A DNA stretch of 64,000 nucleotides from positions 124,001 through 188,000 of the forward strand of contig NW_026927029.1 of assembly GCF_032062105.1 (NCBI RefSeq), given 5' to 3'. Numbering within the stretch: position 1 is the stretch's first letter; every line of letters starts with the position of its first letter. A program made the translations under genes and the position numbers. The notes under the pieces are model-generated. The model was not told where the DNA came from and did not search any database. It saw nothing but the letters and a program-made list of their open reading frames with translations. This document shows, in pieces, positions 13,030 through 26,005 of this stretch. The DNA comes from Saccostrea cucullata. Its lineage: Eukaryota.

Positions 13030-13970
13030 TTAGAATAACAATGATTGATCTCTGTCACAAGCTGATAAACACATCACTGTATATGGGTGCAGAGCTTTAC
13101 AATTTACAGTTTCTAGCGTATCTGCAATCATAAAGAAATTTATCCAGATGCTTTTTCTTTCTTTCTACGATGTTAGTCATTATTTTGCATGTCTTCCACG
13201 CTAAGAGATACATGTATTCCCCCATGATGCCTATATTAGCCGTGCAATGCTCAGCTGTGTTATCTGTCGCCATATCTCAAGAGTAAAGTAAATTTTGTGG
13301 AAGTATTTGGCGATCTGAAATGCTTTTCTGAAGAATATTCTAGGCATGTTCAATTAGGTTGTTGTCAGAAGTCTATGCGCTGAATAGTTTCTCCGAATAA
13401 GTTCCTTGCCCGAATTATCAACGATCGACTACCAAAACGGCCATGCCTAGAAATGCAACAATCAACATATCTCTTACCCTTTGTCCACTATAAAAGTCAT
13501 CTGTCATCATAAAAGTGGGCATGAATCAAGATTGAAAAGAAGAAATGACGTTGTTGCCAATTTCTGTGGTCTGTTGGCCATTTCTGTTCTCCTCTAATTT
13601 TAATTGGGGCCTACAGCTATCCTACAAGTCTGTTTCTAACCGTATTAGTAGAAAGAGATAGACATAATTGCTTCCTACTTTCTGGAAGTCAGTGTTTGGC
13701 TTAAAACTGCACCTTAAAGCGTTGTCCTTTGGCACCATTGGTCATAGAAAGGTCCTCATGGGCTATAGTACTGTTCCGACGTTCTGATTTGAACTACTGA
13801 TATTTCTTGTCTCTAAATACCAATGTTATGACTGATGACACTTTGGAAAATAAAAAATCTTTCTATAATGTATCATTGCGCTTTTCTTGCTTCCATCATC
13901 CCTACTGCTCTTGTGACGTCAGTTAATTAAGTTCATGCACCCTTTCTCTGCGTCTAGGCATTAATCCTAC
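13030..13970 (-). mobile_element. Degenerate non-LTR retrotransposon 5' (endonuclease) fragment
   Basis: Higher-GC block inside the putative 5'UTR intron of copy 4; the minus strand reads ISSSNQNVGT, resembling the N-terminal T.NV.T motif of APE endonucleases; many stops and frameshifts. Confidence 0.35.
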
Positions 13971-14118
13971 CCCTTTAATAATAATAACTGACTTAATTCC
14001 GTTCATTCCACTTCGTCTTTGTTCACATTTTTTAACGAAAAAAAAACCCATTGTATTGACAAACAGAAAATGTTTTCAAGAAGAAACTTTTATTGACAGG
14101 TATATATACAGCCACAAC

Positions 14119-15006
14119 ATGACATCCATAACTGAAGAAAATGTGTCTGCAATATTATCCCTCTGTTGTCCCCCTCCTCTTCTAAAACATACACTGGAAG
14201 CCATCTTTATTCTCCTTGGATACTCTTTTACTGATGCCAGGGTAAGGACATTGTTAAATTTAATGACTACAGTCTATATTTGATGTGAAAACTAGATACA
14301 TGTATATAAAAAAAACTTAGATTTAACAAATCAATGATACATCATTCAGACTTGATTTAGTTTTGAAAAAGAGGAAAAAATTACTTCAAGAATCAAAACC
14401 TTAGGAAATGAATTTAAAATTTTGTGTCTTAACTGGATTTCAAATTTGTATTACAAATTCTTTAAAAAAATATACATATCGGGATATAGCAAATGATCTA
14501 CATACAATTTTTTCATCATTACAATAATGAACAATAATGAAAAAGAAACATCACCAAAACACCAGAACAACAGAATAGAAACTGTGTTTATCAAATGTGC
14601 ATTATTTTTTAAAAAAGAAAAACCTTTCTTATTTTTAGAACTGGAAATTTATCAGGGAGCAGCTATCGCAACCTACCTCAGCTCCAGATTCATTTTTGAA
14701 CCAGTTAAAGGAGTTTCAGGCCGATAAATGTGATCCATCCTCAGCTAGGAAAGTCAAGGCTCTGCTTAGTGTTGTCACGGTAGATTCGGCCAAACAAGTC
14801 AGTGTTACAGCAGCACAACTAGCGGATTGGGTATGTTGACAAACATAAAATACTGGTTAGTACATGTTTTTCGGTTTGAAATATAAAGAAACATAAAGAA
14901 CTTCGTCTTATATTTATTGACCTATCAATTTTATTATACATTCAAGGCAATAAACGCATTAGAGGACTGCAAAGCAGCAGGAAAACTCCAAGACTCTTCT
15001 TCTTAG
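14119..15006 (+). CDS. Stand-alone dynein MTBD-like protein, copy 4, 124 aa
   Basis: Exons 14119-14241, 14639-14830 and 14947-15006: MTSITEENVSAILSLCCPPPLLKHTLEAIFILLGYSFTDAR/NWKFIREQLSQPTSAPDSFLNQLKEFQADKCDPSSARKVKALLSVVTVDSAKQVSVTAAQLADW/AINALEDCKAAGKLQDSSS. AATAAA at 15041 and 15100. The putative upstream exon ends at 12837 (CAGAG|GTAAG); an ATG at 12800 could add 15 aa if it is transcribed. Confidence 0.85.
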
Positions 15007-15834
15007 CAGCATATGGGAGGTAGTGTCCGGAAAATATGGCAATAAAACATTTTCGTTGGACTTCCTAATGTTGCTAGAACTACAATGTATATCTTAACCA
15101 ATAAAATGATGAATGTTTCACATTATTTTGTTATAAGATGATAAATGAATCTTAGTTCTTTGTTATCCACCTAAAAAGATTCAATGTTCTGGATAAACTA
15201 TCTTTTTCAATTACGTATTTTCAGTGAAGTAATTTTAGAGGAAGAGGCGAAGTAGCTCTTGATTGAATTTTTGTGTACAGTGCGTTTATCAGGTCTGACA
15301 ACACATTTTTTGAAATTCGAGACAAGCCATATTTTCCCAACCATCCTACTTAATGTTTTAGTGACAGAAATACGAAAAAAATATTGTCGCTATAAAAGAG
15401 AGATAACTCAAACCTGGATAAATATTATTCAAAGTGTTAAGGAAAAACGGCAATATATTTTGAAAATACTCCCAATTATAAAATAGAAATGCAAGAATAG
15501 TTTCATTCTGTAACGTGATACAAGGGCGGTTTGCTGGTCGAACGTTAAAAATTTAAAGGTCCTGCTGCTCTCTCACGTTTTAGTTGGTGATCCATGATGA
15601 TCCATCCTCCCAAATTGTAATATCTCTTTTTCAAAAATGTTTTTTGTTATCTTGATCATCATTGCAATTTGTATGATTATGAGATCATTGAATGTAGTGT
15701 ATGCGAGTGTGAATATGAATTCTATATTATTTTATTCTTTTCTTTTCATGAAATTTAATTTCAGCTTCATTTTTTGATTTAAACAGTTCATTAATTAAAA
15801 AGATTCTTATTTTTTATTTAAAATTACAGTTTAG

Positions 15835-15975
15835 AATCTACACTTTAATAAAAGTTTGAAAATAAAGTATACGTTGACAATTATGTGTTGTGGTATATTT
15901 TGTAGATCTACACTTTAATAAAAGTTTGAAAATAAAGTATACGATGACAATTATGTGTTGTGGTATATTTTGTAA
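15835..15975. repeat. ~70-bp direct tandem duplication
   Basis: ATCTACACTTTAATAAAAGTTTGAAAATAAAGTATACG.TGACAATTATGTGTTGTGGTATATTTTGTA occurs twice back to back. Confidence 0.8.
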
Positions 15976-18139
15976 ATACGTGTGTAAGGTTTGTATTTAT
16001 ATATTTATTTACGTTTTATGTTGATCAAAATTTTGATATTTTTAAATTTGATCATTGAATGTAGTGTATGCCAGTGTGAATATGAATTCTGTGAATTATA
16101 ACATTTCAATGTCTTTTCATAAGGAAATTTCTGTTGATACATCATCAACGTACTACTCGTTAAAAAATTGTAGAATTTGTTATTGTGTTTTGATTAATTT
16201 TGGAGATATAAATTTTACAAATGTGTAGTTTAAAATGGTATAAAACTACATAAATAAGGAAAGAAAATAAGCGAAGAAATGTTAATGTCATAATGTGTAT
16301 CAAAGGGTTTATTTGTTAGTTAGTTTAATATCAACTTGCCATTCCTAGAACATCCAAATATGAAACAGGTGTGCCAGAGTCTCTGAAGTCTTTTATTTGG
16401 AGTTCAATGGTATATAAAGAACCAAAATGTCATGTTGATCTTAACAGGGATAATCTATAACATCAAATTAAGGCTTATCAGTTTTAAAGACAGTCTCTAC
16501 TGAAAGAATGTATATGGAAATCCAATGAAATGAACATATAATAAAATGTCCAAATTAGGGAGGGGATTCTTTTCATCATTTATTATATATGAAAAAGAAA
16601 CAGATTCAGGAAATCAATTTCACTTAGTGGTGGATTTAACTGAATCAAAATTATTTTGAATATCCCTTCATAAGGAAATTTTACTCCACTACCGTAACAA
16701 ACTTTAAAAAGGATATTTTGCTAAGAAATACATATTTCTTGATTTTAACAGAAGAGAACCTGTAAACCTTTTATTGCATTTTTTCCGTATCTAAAGAGTA
16801 CTGTCGGAAAACTTTTTTTTTACAAAACGAAAATTCGTCGCTTGGTTTCTATCATTTCATTCTGAAACCTTTACCTTCATTCTTTTGTACAACTAGGCCA
16901 TAATGAAGGGAACGACAATTTTTCAAAATAATGTCATTACTAAGGATTTATTGACATAACATTTCAAATATTCTGTCTGGTGTACCTGATACATATAGTC
17001 GGACCAGCATACAATATTCTGTTTCATTTGAATAGCTGAAAATTCTTTACGGCTAAACCTTCATTACATATCATTTAATATTTGATTTTCATTATGATGG
17101 ATTAATATCGATACTTAAACTTACACCCAAAAGCAATAAACTTTCGAAACCCATTGACTGCACTAGTGTAAATGTAAAAAGAAAGTTTAGAGAAAGAAAT
17201 GTGCAATCAAACATAACGAATTAGAAAACCAAAAATAACACTCAAATGATTCAATGTTGAGAAAGAAACTTGGCATAAAAGGCATGATAAATGTAACAGG
17301 ATCGAAAGATTTCTGTGTGCATTTAGAAATTTTCCATTATTTCTTTGGTGAGGTTTTCTATCACGCGAGTGTTAGGAACAATAAGTAAACTTTGTTTACA
17401 CTAGAGAAATGAATGCAGTGTAGAGTGCTGATCAATTTTAAATTCTCTTAAATGTGCTGGATTAAGAAAAGGGGGTATGATTTAAAGGTCCGGTCAAAGA
17501 CAGCATAAAACAATTAAAACAGTTCTTACGTTATAACCTATCGATAACATACAAGACAAAAAGGAGTGTTCAATGCAGTCGATTGTAAATCCACCTAGGG
17601 GTTGATATGAGAGAGTCTATACGCGTGGAATTATAAGGTAATATATCATTACGTGTTTATATAAATTGTACAAGGAAATTCTAATCTGTAAAGATTTGTT
17701 TTAGCCGTTTATGTACCTTTATTGAAAAAAATGAGGACGTCTAATGGTTTTTAAAATTGATCCATCTGCTCCAGAAAGTTCATTCCATCAGGATTGAAAA
17801 AGAATAATTGTATTGCTAGATCCTATTCATATGGGATTAAGATTTTTGTTATTTTTGTCTTTTATTGACATGCCATAAATCCTTTTATTAAAGGAGATAT
17901 CCCTCTGAAGTATTGTCAAATTTAACTGTGGGATTTTGTAATATTGCTAACATTTGTTTTAAAGCCTCCGTTCTATTCAGAAGGGATTATAGGACTTCAT
18001 TTTATGACTTGTAACAAAATCATTATATTTTTATTTTTATATACATAACTACGTCGTGTGGTTGTAAACTTCAGATGACACCACCATTTTGAGTTTTTAA
18101 TTCTGCTGTGGATAGAACATTATATAAAACTACCCAATC

Positions 18140-20292
18140 ATGATGTCAGTTTTGACGAAGGATGACTTGGAATCGATGAAGACTGACTTTGAAATCATAA
18201 AGACTCTACTAAACCCTCCAAGAGCCGTTCAAGAAACACTGGAGGCCGTGGCTTTACTTCTCGGTTACCCTCCCCGACAAGCTGGGGTAAGTACAAAATT
18301 CATATTGAAATCAAATTCTGTCTCCATTCGTTTTCAGTTTTGTTAAAGCTAAGTAATTGTCTCACAACAAGCTAACAACTATTTCTAAACATGTCCACAC
18401 TTAGCGATTTGTTTATCTGTTCACGTGCCAATTAGATATATCGTTCACTGTGCCTTTGCATTAAGACCCAGCAATTTACTGATTACATGATTGGAGGCTT
18501 ACACGGGTACACAATGCCAAATATGTTCACAGTTAGATCGTAGAAACAAGTTGCTAAGGTTGTAAAAGTCATATTATTTGTAGAGCTATATAACTCTTTG
18601 TGACTTGCTTTTTTTTTTTACATCCAATATTCTATCTGGATTTCTTTACATCTCTAAAAATATTTATTGCTAGTTTAACTAAGTTTTTTGCAAAGTTACT
18701 TAAAGTCTGATTTTGATGGTACGAATTTAAATTATGCTTATTTTGATGGTTGGAATATGCATTTCTGTTACCATAAATTTTACCTAAATAAACCTTAAAT
18801 TCTCTTAACTCTGCTTTATGATCGCTAAAGAGGTTGAATGTACGAAAACTATACAAAGATAACCATGCTAACTAATTTAGTAAACGCATTCTAATAAAAA
18901 TAGGCAGAAGACAGAAATTGTAAAGAAAGAAACTTTGGAATACAGTATATTATGATATATGATGTTAAGTATTAAAAAACATAATCTGCTATTTTTGTGT
19001 GTGACCGATCGGCAGGGGATGCTCACTCCTCCATGGCACCTGATCCCACCTCTGATGTTTTGGAGGTCCGTGTTGACATGCTCAGCTCCTATTTTGTATC
19101 GTTTATGGACTTTGATATTAAATACTGTTTGTTATCCCCATATCCCTCATTCTGTAAAAAAGTGAATGACTCGAATCATTCAGAATTCAAAAGTTGGAGT
19201 CAAAGGTGGAATCAAAAGTGACTCCAGCGAACATGTTTTTGTTTCATTTTCATTCCCTCGCAATGGATTGCTTGGGATATAGCAATGCAATTGTGTGTTT
19301 GTATTAGTGTGTGTCATGTCCTGAGCGAAACGTGAAGTAATTTGCATCTGAATAGATGCTGTCTTGATTTATATATAAGCTCTTTTTCGAGGAGATGCTT
19401 CGCTTTGTAATGCCCTTCTTTGTATATTGTGAATTGTGTACAAAATTTGTAAACATATTTTCTTTAGAATTGGACTTTTGTACAACAACTTTGCAAAACT
19501 GGCCGTCTTCAAATTCAGATGCAGGAATTCCAATGTGAAGACGTGAACTTGAATTCTGTAAAGAGAGCTAGATGCCTTCTTTCTGCCTATGACAGAGATA
19601 CGATACCCGGAAAGTGTCATGCTATACTAGGCCTGTATATATGGGTGAGTAGAACCACCAGATTAGGTAACAAAGTTCAAAAACTGTAGTATTTTAGAAC
19701 TTTTCAAGCCATTATGATAACTTCTTATTCTATTGTGTTATTTAAAAAAAACAACGTTCTTCTCTTGATCGAAATGTTCAGAGTTCGACCTTAAACTGAG
19801 TTTGCATTAAGACTTAAATGCTAATTCACTATAAGTTCTGCATAAGAAAAAACTCATATGTCTTTCGAATGAAGCCTTACTAATGGAATCTGCAAGTCTC
19901 AATTAGTATTGGCAGAATTAAAAGAAAGAAAATATTGTGAAAGTCCTTTTTAAAGGTGTGATTCGGCACTTTCCTATTTACTGTATATTATTGAATCTCA
20001 CCTCTGACGTTTCGGAGGTCAGTGTTTGGTCTGCTCCTATTTTGTATTGTTTTATGGACTTTGATATTGAATACTATTCGTTATCTACATATCCTTCCTG
20101 AAACACTAAAATTATTTCATTGTGACAACATTTTTGAGTCATATTTGATTATCCAAATGTTAGAGTTATCGTTTACTATGATTTGTTTTCTAGGCTGAAA
20201 GTGCTGTCTTAGAAGTAGAGAATTACTTGGAAACAAGGAAGGAATTGATAAAAGAAAGAAAATTATCCAAAAAGGACAAAAACAAGATATAA
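18140..20292 (+). CDS. Stand-alone dynein MTBD-like protein, copy 5 (divergent, basic C-terminal tail), 140 aa
   Basis: Exons 18140-18286, 19468-19644 and 20194-20292, same intron positions and phases: MMSVLTKDDLESMKTDFEIIKTLLNPPRAVQETLEAVALLLGYPPRQAG/NWTFVQQLCKTGRLQIQMQEFQCEDVNLNSVKRARCLLSAYDRDTIPGKCHAILGLYIW/AESAVLEVENYLETRKELIKERKLSKKDKNKI. Exon 3 is the least certain. Confidence 0.75.
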
Positions 20293-21146
20293 GAATGTGA
20301 TTTAGCAAACTTTCTTCAAGCAATCTCAAATATTCTAGTCATATTGATGGTCCATGTTGATGTATATGATTGTAAACTTTGTATTAACTACCAACCAACA
20401 GTCATGATGTGTAGTGATTAGCATCCGTGAGGAATATTCTATAATAATGTAGTAGTTTGATTGTAACAAATTTAATGTCGCTGCGATTATATTCATCATT
20501 GCCAAGTCAAGTAATTTAAAGTCGTGGTCATTATTTTAACAATCTTATTATATGAAATTACATTATATGAATATTAGAAATTGTTTAAATTCCATGCCAG
20601 TTGTAAGGAGAAGAACAATATCAGCTATTTTTATAGTATAAATATTTGAAAAGTTTCTTTTAGTTGAAAATTTGTAATATGTTCTATTAATAATGGTAAG
20701 CGAAAGCATCATATCATATATAAGGAAATAATAACATATCCTACTGTTGCATAAATAAATAATGCAAACAAAAAATCAAGGTTTATGCCTTCCTATAGCT
20801 GCTTCTCGTTTCATGGGCTTCATAAATACTCCTTTGGGCCATGCATGGTTTCAATTATTTTACAAATAGTGTGTAATTTATTTATGAGGAAGAGACATAA
20901 AGTTGAGGATGGCGATAAAATGAGTTGATTAAACAGAGTTTCTATAAAGTATTCATACCTTATTTCTGAAGTTTGATCCAGAAGTGGTCACTTGTCAACA
21001 CTGAAACCTGAAAGGATATGAATGGTTAATCATGGAATGTGAAGATATCAAATCGTACTCAAGCTTAAAAATTTAATGAAAGGAAAACTTGTGTGTAGCA
21101 GAACATATAGGATCACTAGGATCAGTACTGGTGTGGCGGATAATTT

Positions 21147-21402
21147 ATTGATTGTATGTTGTTTAACGTCCTTATCGAGAACTTTTTGCTCATATGGAAA
21201 AGCCACCATTTGCCGGTGGAAAGCTGCAAATTTTGTCAAATACTCGGCACTTGTGGCCATTGAGCAGTGAGGGATCTTTTTCGTGTCAGCACTCACTGCG
21301 ACACGGGACCTCGGTTTATACGGTCTAATCCGAAGGACTGATTAACTCCTTACTTTGCGACTCTAGAACACAGACGCTCTAACCACTGCGCCAGTGTGAC
21401 GG
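21147..21402 (-). mobile_element. tRNA-headed SINE (degenerate)
   Basis: The minus strand begins CCGTCACACTGGCGCAGTGGTTAGAGCGTC (A-box-like) and ends GACGTTAAACAACATACAATCAA. Related pieces at ~26560-26620 (two tails inverted) and ~46990-47225. Confidence 0.6.
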
Positions 21403-22804
21403 AAAGATAGACACCCCTGCCTACCGGTTACATTCGCCATGATGTCTTTTTCTTGATCATGTTAACACTATTAAATACCTGCCAAATAAAATTGTATTCA
21501 AGTTAAAATAAACATTTGGTATTAAGTTGGGTTGTATATACAATCATGGTAATTGTAACGACCATAGAATTCGAATGATATTGGCGTTAAAACGAGTACA
21601 TGTTGAAATCCTGTTCCATCAACTTATTCAAAAGCCAGCTTTTGTTTTCATTACACACAGCTCATGCTTTTATGTAGATAATGGAAATATAACCGGCAGG
21701 TGTGAGCGGTCGGCAGAGAATGCTCATTCATCCATGGCATCTGATCCCTCCTCTGATGCTTTGGAGGTCCATGGTTGCCCTCCTATTTTGTAAAGTTAAA
21801 TGAACTTTTGAGCTCGAATACTGTTCGTTATCTCCCCATAGTTCATGCACATGAAATTCCTACATAAACAAAGAAAGTTTAGTACAGAAAGAAGTGTTAA
21901 ATTGATCAAATCTATCATAAAGTTTAGTTGTTTAGTTGGGGTTGTTTAGTCCTCCATTCCATTCCGTCTCTTTCTGAGTATACCTGTGTTTCTTTGCTCC
22001 CAATATGTATTTTTCAATTGATCTTGGATCTTAATTACTGTTCGTATTTCATAGTAATTTTGCCGTCAATGACTCTCTCTTTTAAAATATCTAAATAATT
22101 CAAATACACTGAAGCTGATATTAAAAGGACGATGGAGTTCCTTAATGACACCATTAACATATTGTATGTAGTCTTTGGACACTAGGTCTTCTAACCAAAT
22201 TGTTGTAATTCCAAATAGGAACTAATTGTGTTTCTTCATAATCTGGTCTGTTTTTATATTCCTTTGAAGCAGAATTATTTTTAAAAAATTAACATAAGAA
22301 AATACTATAGTGCTTGATGTGGCCTTCAACTCGACATTTAGATACTAGTATATTGACGATTTAATATCAATTAACAATAGTTTCCCCCATTCATCTGTCG
22401 ATGCGATATATCCAAGTGAAGTTGAAATAAAACCAGATTTTATCACACCTGTTTGATATTTAGATGTTTTATACGATAAGGTCTAACTAAAACATATTGT
22501 CATTTTTCTTATTTGTGACGTAATATCCTAATATCGCCTACAAATGATGATTACATATCCCAACTGCGTTACTCGAAGGCTTGCTTCACAACGATCTAGT
22601 AAATACATGTAAAGATGAAGCAAAACAAACTTTCAGGATCTGTTTTACAAAAAGATTAAATGTTATTTTCCACATTCTTTGTGCGCATTATGAAGAAAGA
22701 AATTCCAGCAATTGGCTCTGTATTCTAGTATTCAAAGGACAGAAAGTGGTTCTACTTAAGCGAGTTCGAAAGCAGAAGGATAAAACGTACTGTTGCTTTA
22801 AAAT

Positions 22805-22972
22805 GTAAGGTGACCTATGATCCCTCTGATGATATACAATACAAGGTGACCATTGGTCTCCCTAATGATGTTAAATATAAGGTGGCCTATGGTCCCCCTA
22901 CTGATGTACAATGTTAAGTGATCTTTGGTCCCCCTATTGATGTACAATATGAGGTTACCCATGGTCACCCTT
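22805..22972. repeat. Minisatellite, ~36-bp unit AAGGTGACCTATGGTCCCCCTAATGATGTACAATAT
   Basis: About five diverged units visible, plus one more at ~23097-23125. Confidence 0.65.
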
Positions 22973-23264
22973 TATTACTTTCATGTTTCTGCTAATATAT
23001 ATATATTAGAAAGTTGATCTTCGTAAAGTTATGAATATGATTATTTTGGAGTAAGACAAAGAAAATTGTCTATCATATAAAATTCAATTAATATATAAGG
23101 TGACCTGAGGTCTCCGTATTGATATAGATGAATTTACTTTTGTGCCTTTAATGCCTGGAGAGTTCCTAGAATGTTTTATTACTACGCAAAATGACGAACT
23201 ATTTGCGGGGGACCCCAGGTCCTAGTTCAGCGTACGTTTTATCCTTCTGCAGTTCGAAAGCCGG

Positions 23265-26005
23265 TGTAACGACGAAAAGTGACCCCCGTAGAATATTGAC
23301 CGGGGGTCATTTTTCTACGTAGAAATTTGACCCACTGATCAATATTCTACGTAGAAAAATGACCCACTTTTTCGTAGAAATTATGGCCTTGGGGTCGTTT
23401 TTCTCCGTGTGCATTGTCGAAAAATGACACCATAGAATAATGACCCCTTGTCATTTTTTGATGCAAAACATTCGTTTTGGTAGGAATATTCTCGTTAGGC
23501 GAATGCTTACGGGTAATACCAAGCAGCCTTATGATATGATGTGTTCATTTCTAAAAGAGTTTAAACTTAAATAACGAAATCAAAGTTATACTATACCTTA
23601 TAATAATAATACAAACTATTTTATCCCCATTAAAGGAAAACAATTAATATACATGTATAGAAATTTAAATGTTTTAAGGCTATTAGAGCAAAGATATGCG
23701 CATTCATGGATTTGTTTATTACATTTTATACAGTAAGTTTCCATAGTTGGCATTTAAGGAGGTTGAATCCTGCATCAAATTTATCAATTATATTTTTAAA
23801 ATTCATACACACAGCTTTATTAAAAATCAAAACAAAAAGTGGGGGTAAATGCGCTTCTTTTGTCGCTACAGAGCATTTAATTTGACCTTTTTGCATTGTA
23901 AATATGTCGAACTCAAACCAATTTTGTAACGTTTTTCCTCCAATATTTTTTGTTCAAATAAATTATTGTAGCAAACACAGCGAGACAATGTTCTCGCGAA
24001 AATTTAATTCTCGCGTATAATAGCATTTATATAAGCAATAACCACAATTCGTGAAAATTTTGTCTCGCTAATCAAGAGTCAATGACTTATCTCGCGAAAA
24101 TAAGTTGTCGCAAAAATTAAGTGATCTACACCACTATGAGAGATATGAATTTTCGTATTTAAGGTGGCGAGTTTTGATTGGAGAGAGTAACGTGGTTGTA
24201 ACTCCTAATAAATCCCTTTTAGCAATGAACATGTACATGTGCGTGTTTCTATGAGGCGCCGTTTTGGTTTTTACTGCCAAAAAGTGAAATCACCTGTTCG
24301 AATAGGAGATACCACCTATTTGAATAAGTGATATCACTCATTCCAATCGAATAGGTGATATCACCTTTTGGAAATGAATAGGTTATATTAACTATTTAAA
24401 TAGGTCAGATCACCTATTCGTGCTGAATAGGTGATATCACTTATTCGAATAAGTGATATCATCTATTCGAATAAGTGATATCATCTTTTTGATTTGAATA
24501 AGTGATATCACCTGTTTGTATCTCTTACAACAATAAATAATGAATGCTCCCTAGACTACCTAGATTTTCACTGGAACTAAGAAAATTCGGGCTGCTCAGT
24601 TATCAATTGTATTTTAGTTGAAGACTTCTTAAATACCTTATGGATCCCTTTAAAGTTGTATAGATTTTGTAAATTTTACCCAGCTGGGGTGCAACAGAAT
24701 GGTATAACACTGACTCTTTATAATTTTAAGGGGGCATTTTCTCTATAGAATATTTATCATGCGTTTTTCACGATTTTTCATTTTTCTTATTGTATACATG
24801 ATAGATAAGTGTAATAGATTAATTTGTGAGCAAAATCAAACTAGAACTTCTACTGGAGTGCTTAAAACTAAATGCGACGCTGTAATTCATTGTCTCCAAG
24901 AACGATGAGTTATAAAAGGAAAGTGAACGTAAATGAGATTTAAAGACCTAAAGCCTTGGGAACAGTTGTTATTTCATAAATAATTTGAATAGGTGATATC
25001 TCCTATTTGAATAAGTGATATCACTAGCTATTCAAAATGTTCCGGTGATATCACCTGTTTGAATATTGAAGTAATGGCATGACTGACTAGGAGTTCATCT
25101 TTATTTGCAAATTTAGTGTTTAAGAAAATCTCAGAAGAAAGAGGGATGTTACAGCAGCCATTTGTCAGGTATCTGTGGGCTAAAATGTGTTGAAAAGGGT
25201 AGCTTTTTAGTAAATTTAAAGATATCTGTGAAGGTTGAAATATTATTCATCTTCACCCAGATGTAAACTCTTTTTGCCCGTTTTGGGTGAATATTTTTAT
25301 ATCATTATAAAAACGTTCTCTATGTGTATGGTATTTCTCGTATACAGTGAAAAAGTATTTGTTTTAAAGCAAAATGCATACAGATATATGTAAGTATAAA
25401 TTTAAGAGCTAAGAGAATTGAACTTATATGGGTAAATTACATTGCTTTTCTTGCTTCTATGCTCTCTTTTTGGATTAATAAAAAATGTCAAAAATAAATT
25501 CAAATGGTTAAAAGTGCTAATTTCGGGGGGCTTCCCTACAAGTTCATGGTTATCAGAAACATATCATACCATTTTGAACAAAACCTTTGAATGAGAGAAA
25601 AAAAACACCTAAAAATATAATGATAAATTTAGACTCCTCGTTGAATAAATATTCACTGGAATTCTGCGAGCCAAAAACAAATCCATACCAGATACATTGA
25701 TTATGCTGCTTCTATTAAGATATGCAATCAAATACAAGTTGGAAAGGAGTACTGTACATAAAAAATTTCCCCTCCTTATATTTGAAAGTATAAGAAAAAT
25801 ATATCAGGAGATACAGATATAAGGTTTTATAGTATAGTCATTTTTCAACGTGTGTGGAGCAAAAATTAGTGGTCTGGAATGGTTTTCTATGCACACGGAA
25901 AAATGACCCTACTTGTCGTAGTCAATATTGACCCTGGGTCATTTTTCTACGTAGAAAAATGACCCTAAGGTCAATATTCTACAGGGGTCACTTTTCGTCG
26001 TTACA
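23265..26005. mobile_element. Non-autonomous Ginger1-like DNA transposon (TGT...ACA termini, CCGG TSD)
   Basis: TIRs TGTAACGACGAAAAGTGACCCC.GTAGAATATTGACC... (>80 bp) at both ends, flanked by CCGG at 23261-23264 and 26006-26009; no transposase ORF; nested GAATAGGTGATATCACCTATTC minisatellite at ~24290-24515 and ~24985-25065. Confidence 0.75.

Noticed and set aside
19001-19143. Hammerhead ribozyme in the Penelope-associated dispersed repeat
   Set aside because: CTGATG is followed by T rather than A and no properly placed GAAA core was found; some stem potential exists, but no ribozyme can be supported without a covariance search.
2292-20292. Exons of one full-length dynein heavy chain or a single multi-MTBD protein
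   Set aside because: Each unit has its own ATG and a terminal exon with a stop codon; no AAA+, linker or stalk coiled-coil exons were seen between or around them.
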